A program made the translations under genes and the position numbers. A model generated the notes under the pieces. It did no database searches. It saw only the letters and a program-made list of their open reading frames with translations, and was not told the DNA's origin. From Nitrospinota bacterium (GTDB lineage: Bacteria > UBA8248), in assembly GCA_026706735.1 (NCBI GenBank), contig JAPOYD010000021.1:5659-69658 (forward strand): 64,000 bases of DNA. Direction: 5' to 3'. Numbering within the stretch: the first letter of the stretch is position 1; every line of letters starts with the position of its first letter. Shown piece after piece: positions 57,947 through 64,000 of the stretch.

Positions 57947-58164
57947 TTGAACCTCTTGGTATGAGAAAGTGAATTTACACGAGGAATATTATCAAATTGG
58001 GAAAACGATGTTCCATTCCCCTGCTGAAGAATTGGCGGATAAACCATGCTCCGCCCTTTCGGCTAATCACCGAGGTTTAGGCCTCATAAAGCACGAGCGA
58101 AATAACCTCGCTCCTCGATATTCCAACTTATTCTATGGCTTTTGGGTCGTAGAGCGTAAATCCC

Positions 58165-58758
58165 TCAGGAAGAATCACCCGTATAGGAAATCGAGACGCG
58201 ACGGGCATAAAAGCGATTTTTTTCGCCGTCGACCGGTTCGAAGAAATGACACGCTTCCAAATCGCGCGGGTACACATGAATGGAAACCGCCAGGTCGTCA
58301 CGCCGATTCCGCACCGTATGGATGTCAGCGCAACCGCAAACCGAATGCTGCCCACCTGCCAAAGGATTGTGCGGCGCATCATTTCTGAGCGCGATTTCAC
58401 CCTCGGCGACTTGCGCATCCGCAAAATAATTAACGACTTCCAGGCCGCCCTCCACCATGCCGAGCATTCCCCAGGCGCCGTCATGATCGTGAATCGGGGT
58501 GCCCTGCCCGGGTTTCCACACCATGGCCGCCACGACGAAACGCTCCGCGGGGTCGCGATACAGCAGATGCCGCGCGTATCCTTCATCCGAGGGCTCGAGC
58601 GCCTCGGGCGGAAGGAAAGACTCCTCACCCAGCAAGCGTTTTAGAGCAGGTTCGGCGGCGCGAATGAAGTCCCGCCCACGCGCGCCTTTATCGTAAATGC
58701 CGGCCAGTTCTTCTGCGAGGCGGATGATGGGTGCGCTGGGTGCGGCGACTGTGTCCAT
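58165..58758 (-). CDS. Cysteine dioxygenase type I-like cupin (thiol dioxygenase family).
   Basis: A 3-His cupin (PIHDHDGAWGM...HTVRN) within a CDO-like sequence of about 197 aa. Confidence 0.7.
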   Translation of the reverse strand: MDTVAAPSAPIIRLAEELAGIYDKGARGRDFIRAAEPALKRLLGEESFLPPEALEPSDEGYARHLLYRDPAERFVVAAMVWKPGQGTPIHDHDGAWGMLGMVEGGLEVVNYFADAQVAEGEIALRNDAPHNPLAGGQHSVCGCADIHTVRNRRDDLAVSIHVYPRDLEACHFFEPVDGEKNRFYARRVSISYTGDSS

Positions 58759-59028
58759 GGCGGCCTCCTGATCGCTGAAATCCGGATAACGCCTTCATAT
58801 TCAATACGATAAATTGCCAGCTTTTTGCCGAAAAACCCCCTGAATTTATCTAATTTTATCTATATTTACTGAAATTATAATTTTCATTATATGGATAATT
58901 TTCACTATCCAGACTGCCCCCTTTCAGTCTCCATGAGGCTCGTCCGGAAGGCGCCGTCCCGGCCGATTCGGGCAGGCTCAAGAGCCGCTTCGCTCCCTCC
59001 GCTCTACCCCTTCAAGCTCCCCGAATAT

Positions 59029-59829
59029 TCACCAAGGATGGTCCCGCTCGATCAGCGCGCCAGGCGCCCCGGCGCTCTCGAGCAACTCGATCATATCATA
59101 CAGCACGGCCCGCTGCTGTTCAATATTTCCCGCGCGCCCGAAGGGATGCCCCAGCGGCCAGGGCACGAACACCGCGCGCGGCGGGCAAAGCTCCGCCGTT
59201 ATCTCCTTCACGATGCTCACCGAGACGGTCGCGACCCCCTCGCGTTCCACCGCGTTCTGAATCAGCCCGACCGAGCGGTTGCAGAGCCCTCACGCGGGCG
59301 CCAGCAGCGCGACCTCCGCCCCCGCCTCGCGCAGCCGCCGCGCCGCCGCCGGCGCCGTCTCCGCAACGAGCCGCTCGACGAGTTCCGCATCGATGTGGCC
59401 CATGAAGCTCAAATGAACCGGCGAGACCCCGCCTATCACGCCCTCCGCCGCCATCTCGGCGAGCCGCTCGTGCGGGAAGACGACGTTCAAATCCCTGTCC
59501 GCGCCCCGGTGGTCGTAGTAATCGTGCGTTATCGTCATCGCCTCGCGCGCGGCGTCGCCCGGAATCTCGCGGAACGTCGGATCGCCGTCTGGGTTTTCCA
59601 TGTCGAAGGGGTCTTGCGTCTTCAAGTGCACCCCGCCCGTCGTCACCAGCGCGACTCTGCACTCGCGCACGGGCTTCACGAGCGGCGTCCAGGGCGTGAA
59701 CGCGGGCCCCGCGCGCCAGCCGGCCATCTCGGCGGAGAAGTCCCTGCCCCCCGCCCATTTTTTCACCAGCCCCGGATAGCGCGTCAGCAGACGCGCCACC
59801 ATCCTGTCCTTCCACCTGCGCAAGCTCAT
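59029..59829 (-). CDS. GrdB/PrdB-family (glycine/sarcosine/betaine/D-proline reductase) selenoprotein B-like protein; in-frame TGA = predicted Sec.
   Basis: ORFs 59290..59829 and 59029..59250 share a frame and are separated only by TGA (59290-59292) plus 13 sense codons. The readthrough gives ...ALLAPA-U-GLCNRSVGLIQNAVEREGVATVSVSIV..., which aligns with PrdB (...LMTAGUGTCHRSAVVVQRAIEEAGIPTI...). Confidence 0.7.
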
Positions 59830-59967
59830 CGGGGTTTCCTGTCGGTTGGGAGATCGTTATCCGGCGGCGTCCATCCCATGAACCAGCGGAGAACTCTATC
59901 GCAACGAGGCGTTGCGTGCACCTAGGGGAGAAAATGTTGGCGATTTTGAATGCCTCTCTTTTCCGTA

Positions 59968-59990
59968 GGGGCGGACCCATGTGTCCGCCC
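59968..59990. repeat. 23-bp palindrome GGGGCGGACCCATGTGTCCGCCC, the reverse-complement copy of the element at 18424-18446.
   Basis: An exact reverse complement, followed by a partial repeat GCATGTCCGCCC. Confidence 0.5.
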
Positions 59991-60108
59991 GCATGTCCGC
60001 CCACAGGTTTCGCTTCGCCGTCATTCCGGGGCACGGCGAATCATTTTGACTTTCCTCGCGCCTTAGGAAACACTCCTAGATCAGCTACTTCACGGGGACT
60101 GAAGTTAA

Positions 60109-60981
60109 ATGGCGCAGCGCAATTGGTCCGATGGCGAGATCCACGCCATCGTTGATGACTACTTCGATATGCTTCGGCATGAACTGGCCGGACAGCCTTA
60201 TAACAAAAGCGAACACCGGCAAACCCTGAAGAAAACGATTGATCGTTCAGATGGTTCGATTGAACGAAAGCATATGAATATCAGTGCGGTGATGGCCATA
60301 CTCGGCCTTCCTTACATAAAAGGTTACCAACCCTATAAACATTACCAGAGAGCGTTGTTTGAAGCCGTCGAAACCCGCCTTATTCGAAACCGCGAATTGT
60401 ATTCTTCTTTAACCGGGGAAGACATCGTTCCCCAAAGCCCATCCGGGGAACCTTTGAGCGAATCAAGTCTGGAATTTGACGAGGCACCCCCGTCACGTGA
60501 AATACCGGAGCAGAATGTATCAGGGGAAATACGCCGTATTATTCGTAGGTTTGAACCACCAGCGGAAAGAGATGCCAGAAATCGAAAACTCGGAAAAGCG
60601 GGCGAAGAATTCGTGTTCGAGACCGAGAAACGCCGTCTATATGACATTGGCAGGAAAGACCTATCCGCTCGCGTCTGTTGGGTCTCCCGCGATAAGGGAG
60701 ACGGATACGGTTACGACATCTTGTCCTTTACTGGGGTTGGCAACCAAGCAGAACGAGAACGCTGGTTGGAGATCAAAACCACGACCGGCCCCAAAACAAC
60801 TCCTTTTTTTATCACCAGAAACGAGTTGTCAGTTTCAGGGGAGCATCCTGATTATTTCAGATTAATCAGACTCTACGATTTTAGGCGTCAAACGCGAGCA
60901 TACTGTTTGAAACCACCACTGAAAAATCACGTTCAACTCTCTCCGACAATCTATCGTGCTACCCCTAAGGGGGTTTGTTGA
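60109..60981 (+). CDS. DUF3883-like domain protein, a possible defense-island protein.
   Basis: The C-terminal half (GKAGEEFVFETEKRRL...GDGYGYDILSF...WLEIKTTTG...FFITRNEL) fits the DUF3883 pattern. The N-terminal half is uncharacterised. Low GC, flanked by repeats. Confidence 0.55.
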   Translation: MAQRNWSDGEIHAIVDDYFDMLRHELAGQPYNKSEHRQTLKKTIDRSDGSIERKHMNISAVMAILGLPYIKGYQPYKHYQRALFEAVETRLIRNRELYSSLTGEDIVPQSPSGEPLSESSLEFDEAPPSREIPEQNVSGEIRRIIRRFEPPAERDARNRKLGKAGEEFVFETEKRRLYDIGRKDLSARVCWVSRDKGDGYGYDILSFTGVGNQAERERWLEIKTTTGPKTTPFFITRNELSVSGEHPDYFRLIRLYDFRRQTRAYCLKPPLKNHVQLSPTIYRATPKGVC

Positions 60982-61065
60982 AAAATTCTGCTTTCGTGAT
61001 TCAGCGAATGTAGCTGGCCTATGAGAGAGGTAACTTAATTCCACCCTTGCAAAGCGCCAACCAAC

Positions 61066-61213
61066 CACTCCCCCCTTGAGGGGGAGTCAACGCGGCAAGG
61101 ACAATGTCCGCAGCCGCGTTGGTGGGGGGAGCTTTTATTTTAGAACCGTCCCCCCACCGAATCGGCCTTCGCCGGAGGCTCAGCCTCTTCGACTCCCCCT
61201 CAAGGGGGGAGTG
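61066..61213. mobile_element. Family-1 MITE-like element, copy C.
   Basis: CACTCCCCCCTTGAGGGGGAG ... CTCCCCCTCAAGGGGGGAGTG with the conserved internal core. Confidence 0.7.
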
Positions 61214-61240
61214 AATTGCTTTCTCGTCGGAAAAACCTTC

Positions 61241-61270
61241 GCCTTTACTCCCCTGTCAAGGGGGGACAGG
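61241..61270. repeat. Solo family-3 repeat (TACTCCCCTGTCAAGGGGGGACAGGGGGGG).
   Basis: It matches the arms of the 34271-34421 element. Confidence 0.45.
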
Positions 61271-61336
61271 GGGGGTTGCCTTTAAGACGGAACGGGGCGA
61301 AAGATTGTCGGGAAAACAGGTGCCTCCCCAAAAAAC

Positions 61337-61801
61337 CTACTCCCCCATACGCATTCTGTTTCTCGTGAGGGCGTCGACCGAGAGGGGGCCGCCGCCCAGG
61401 AGGAGGATGGCGGTCGTGGCGAGGAGGAGGAACAGCGAGTATTCGTATCCGCCGGCGACGGCGGCGCCGGTCTCGGGGTTCGTGACGATCCCGTGCATGA
61501 AAAAGCCCTGGTCGATATGCACGAACGCGGCCGCGCCCGCCATGATGAAAGCGTTCATCAAGGCGCCCAGACGGGCGTAGAGCCCGATGATCAGGAGCGC
61601 CCCGCCGACCAGATGACCCAGCACGACGGCCCATGCGCTGATGGTGGGCAGAGGGATTCCCATCGATGCGTTCAGGGCGGCGAAGCGCTCCACGCCGATC
61701 ACCACCCAGCCGTAATAGCCGTGCAGAACGTAGTAGACGCCCAGGGAGACGCGAAGCAAGGCGATCCCGTATGTCTGGTACGGCCTCAATCTTCGGTTCA
61801 T
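61337..61801 (-). CDS. DoxX-family membrane protein.
   Basis: Four transmembrane helices and a DoxX-like sequence (ALLRVSLGVYYVLHG...). Confidence 0.8.
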   Translation of the reverse strand: MNRRLRPYQTYGIALLRVSLGVYYVLHGYYGWVVIGVERFAALNASMGIPLPTISAWAVVLGHLVGGALLIIGLYARLGALMNAFIMAGAAAFVHIDQGFFMHGIVTNPETGAAVAGGYEYSLFLLLATTAILLLGGGPLSVDALTRNRMRMGE

Positions 61802-62007
61802 CGACTCTTCCCCGATAATTGCAATGACTTATTTTCGCTCAAATGCGCGAATATCGCCACCCTTTTATACAGGCGGGACGATTTGACCCGCACGCGAAAT
61901 GTGATAGAAGCAAAACGCGGCGCAGGCCATGCGCCGGGCCGCGAGCCATGTGGAGCCGCCGCATCCTCACACCACGTCACCCCGAAAAAGAAAGCAGCCA
62001 TCCGAAA

Positions 62008-62724
62008 ATGAGCGAATCCGAAAAAAAACTATCGTACAAGAACTTCATCATTCCGCTCGTCCTCGTCCTCGTCCTGGCCGCCTTCTTCTACTCGGGGCTG
62101 GGCCGCTACCTCACCTTCGAGACCCTGAAGGAGAACCAGGGCCTGCTCAAAGGGTGGGTGCATGATAACGGCGCGTTCGCCATTATCGTCTACATGCTCG
62201 CATACGCGGCGGTGACGATATTCTCCCTTCCCGGCGGTCTGGTGATGAGCATCACGGGCGGTTTCCTGTTCGGGACCGTCTGGGGCGCGCTCTACATCGT
62301 CGTGGGCGCGACGGCGGGGGCGACAGTTCTCTTCATCGCGGCCAAAACCTCGCTCGGTGACCCCTTGCGCGCGAAGGCCGGCCCCTGGCTCCAGAAAATG
62401 GAGGAAGGTTTTCAGGAAAACGCGCTGAGCTATCTGCTGGTTTTAAGGCTCGTGCCGATTTTTCCCTTTTTCGTGGTGAACCTGGTGCCCGCGTTCCTGG
62501 GCGTTTCCCTGAGCGTCTACGTCATCGGCACGTTCTTTGGGATCATTCCCGGCTCGTTCGTCTTCGCTTCCGTGGGCGCAGGGCTCGGCAGCATTTTCGA
62601 GGCGGGGGGCGAGTTCTCCGCCAAGGGGATCCTGACGCCCCAGGTCCTCATCGCGCTCGTGGGACTCGCGGCGCTCTCGCTCATCCCCGTGGTGTACAAG
62701 AAGATAAAATCGAAAGAGAGTTGA
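62008..62724 (+). CDS. DedA/TVP38/TMEM64-family membrane protein.
   Basis: The SNARE-associated/DedA core (…LRLVPIFPFFVVNLVPAFLGVS…). The start is trimmed to MSESEKK at 62008. Confidence 0.8.
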   Translation: MSESEKKLSYKNFIIPLVLVLVLAAFFYSGLGRYLTFETLKENQGLLKGWVHDNGAFAIIVYMLAYAAVTIFSLPGGLVMSITGGFLFGTVWGALYIVVGATAGATVLFIAAKTSLGDPLRAKAGPWLQKMEEGFQENALSYLLVLRLVPIFPFFVVNLVPAFLGVSLSVYVIGTFFGIIPGSFVFASVGAGLGSIFEAGGEFSAKGILTPQVLIALVGLAALSLIPVVYKKIKSKES

Positions 62725-62730
62725 ACTCCA

Positions 62731-63519
62731 TCAGCAAGGCTTATCGGCCGAGAACAGATATCTCGTCTGCGAGAAGAAATAAGCGCCCCTCTCGTCCAGG
62801 CCGCGCAATTCACTCGCCCATGCGTCTACTTCCTCTTGCGTCAGGTTCGTCCTGGCGGGGACGACACCCTGAAGCTGACGGATGAACTGAAAACTGAAGC
62901 TCTCGGGTTCGCAGGCGGTGTTTAGAATGGGAATCGCATGGGCGGACGCATCGACGAAGCCCGCCGCCCCGATCCTGGACTTGAGCGTGAGCGGCAGCCT
63001 CAGATGGGCGAAGCCCGCAAGCCAGCCATTCATTACCCGCTCGCAGAGCGCCGTATCCTCACAGCGCCACGTCGTGGCGCCCCAGTCGGCGTCGCTGACG
63101 GCGAGTCGTCCGCCGGGCTTCAGAACGCGGTGAATCTCGCGCAAGGCCGCATCCACGTCCGCCACGAACTCCAGCGTCTGCACGCTCACGCAGGCGTCGA
63201 AACCGCCATCTTCGAACGGGAGTGATACGGCGTCGGCGATTTGAAAGTCGACCCAGGGCTTATCGGCGCAGCGCGCCCGGGCGAGCCCGATCATCGACTC
63301 GCTCAAGTCGACGCCGTGCACGAAACCCGTCGGGCCGACCGTCTGCGCCATCTCATCGGCGAAGAGGCCGGGGCCGGAACCCACGTCCAGAACGCGCGCG
63401 CCGGGGGTGAGACGCAACGCTTCTATCGTCCTCCGTCTCACCTCGGTCAAGTCCGGCGTCAGGTACATGACTTCGGCCTGGCGCGAGGCGTTTGCGTCGA
63501 AATCCATCGTGTCGCTCAC
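62731..63519 (-). CDS. Class I SAM-dependent methyltransferase.
   Basis: Motif I (VLDVGSGPGLFA) and post-I acidic residue (VHGVDLSE) in a Methyltransf_11/25-like fold. Confidence 0.8.
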   Translation of the reverse strand: MSDTMDFDANASRQAEVMYLTPDLTEVRRRTIEALRLTPGARVLDVGSGPGLFADEMAQTVGPTGFVHGVDLSESMIGLARARCADKPWVDFQIADAVSLPFEDGGFDACVSVQTLEFVADVDAALREIHRVLKPGGRLAVSDADWGATTWRCEDTALCERVMNGWLAGFAHLRLPLTLKSRIGAAGFVDASAHAIPILNTACEPESFSFQFIRQLQGVVPARTNLTQEEVDAWASELRGLDERGAYFFSQTRYLFSADKPC

Positions 63520-63568
63520 GGGCGCGCTCCGGGTTGGGGGTCGAACCCGACCGAGTAGAGAAGAAATT

Positions 63569-63785
63569 CACTCCCCCCTTGAGGGTTCTTGCCGTCTGAC
63601 GAGAGTGGAAATCACTCCCCCCTTGAGGGTCGGTCTTTCCTCCTCGGGAAGACCGACAGTGAGGTGAGGGCGTAAGCCCGAAAGCGAACTGGTGGGGGGA
63701 GATTTTACCCTGTGGCATGTCCCCCCACCGAATCGGCCTTCGCCCAAGGGCTCGGCCTCTTCGACTCCCCCTCAAGGGGGGAGTG
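63569..63785. mobile_element. Family-1 MITE-like element, copy D, with a tandemly duplicated left terminal inverted repeat.
   Basis: CACTCCCCCCTTGAGGG occurs at 63569 and again at about 63613. The right inverted repeat CCCTCAAGGGGGGAGTG ends at 63785. The core is conserved. Confidence 0.7.
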
Positions 63786-63856
63786 ATTCTTCCTTCTTCA
63801 TCAGTTGCCGACAACCCTCAAGGGACTGTTAAAAAACCCTGGATTGCCAGGATTGC

Positions 63857-63989
63857 CGTCATTCCGGCGCATGCCGGAATCCAGGGACTTTGTTTTTTGT
63901 ATTTGTCTTTTCGCTTTATCGTTTTTCTTGGCCGTCCTGCGATTCGGTATTCCCGTCTGCTCTGGATTCCGGCTTTCGCCGGAATGACG
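63857..63989. mobile_element. Family-2 MITE-like element (a 28-bp inverted-repeat pair around a roughly 77-bp spacer).
   Basis: CGTCATTCCGGCGCATGCCGGAATCCAG at 63857-63884 and its reverse-complement variant at 63962-63989. The spacer begins GGACTTTGTTTTTTGT, as the spacer at 36392 begins GGGCTTTGCTTTTTGT. Confidence 0.55.
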
Positions 63990-64000
63990 GTGAACACCCT

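Noticed and set aside
57969-58388. A 139-aa plus-strand ORF between the hydrolase and the cupin dioxygenase.
   Set aside because: It overlaps the CDO-like gene on the opposite strand and shows no domain similarity. It is probably spurious.
59290-59292. The TGA in the GrdB/PrdB-like gene as a simple nonsense mutation or gene boundary.
   Set aside because: The downstream frame is open for 86 more codons with continued family similarity, and the TGA sits at the position where the family's Sec is expected. Sec recoding is the more parsimonious reading, although it is unverified.

Overview
This is a high-GC (about 65% by eye) Gram-negative chromosomal segment. Its core is housekeeping. The 5' end holds a partial Ldh_2-family dehydrogenase, two tandem CNNM/CorC-type transporters, and a complete Tol-Pal envelope cluster (tolQ-tolR-tolA-tolB-pal-cpoB) running into ligA-galU on the minus strand. 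A set of peptidoglycan-recycling genes follows: M20D amidohydrolase-slt-anmK on the plus strand, then a second M20 peptidase, a frameshifted D-aminoacylase, nagA and a hypothetical protein. Further along come bioD, class I fructose-bisphosphate aldolase and fructose-1,6-bisphosphatase, an RND efflux operon (adaptor-pump-outer-membrane channel), and membrane and redox genes. Low-GC inserts are interleaved. One is a single-gene Fic toxin island with an upstream 12-bp repeat array. One is a HigB/HigA toxin-antitoxin module whose toxin has a 1-nt G-run frameshift. The largest is a roughly 12-13 kb island (about 45.8-58.1 kb) carrying a GAF-GAF-degenerate-GGDEF protein translationally coupled to an MreB paralog, plus aroE, an orphan xanthine-dehydrogenase-family molybdopterin subunit, an ECF41-type sigma factor, CoA-transferase subunits A and B, an amino-acid permease fused to universal-stress domains, an alpha/beta hydrolase and a cysteine-dioxygenase-like cupin. 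A DUF3883 protein sits in a further low-GC patch. Three features stand out. (a) Three families of palindromic, MITE/REP-like repeats cluster in intergenic hotspots. One 28-bp palindrome flanks an intact GIY-YIG nuclease gene as inverted terminal repeats, and non-autonomous roughly 140-bp derivatives of it are scattered elsewhere. This is an arrangement analogous to the REP/RAYT system, but here with a GIY-YIG nuclease. (b) A GrdB/PrdB-family selenoprotein B gene was split by the ORF track at an in-frame TGA that most likely encodes selenocysteine. (c) A non-canonical MreB sits downstream of, and is translationally coupled to, a sensor-type degenerate GGDEF protein. No rRNA, tRNA or CRISPR array was recognised. 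The many long antisense ORFs in the track are artefacts of high GC.
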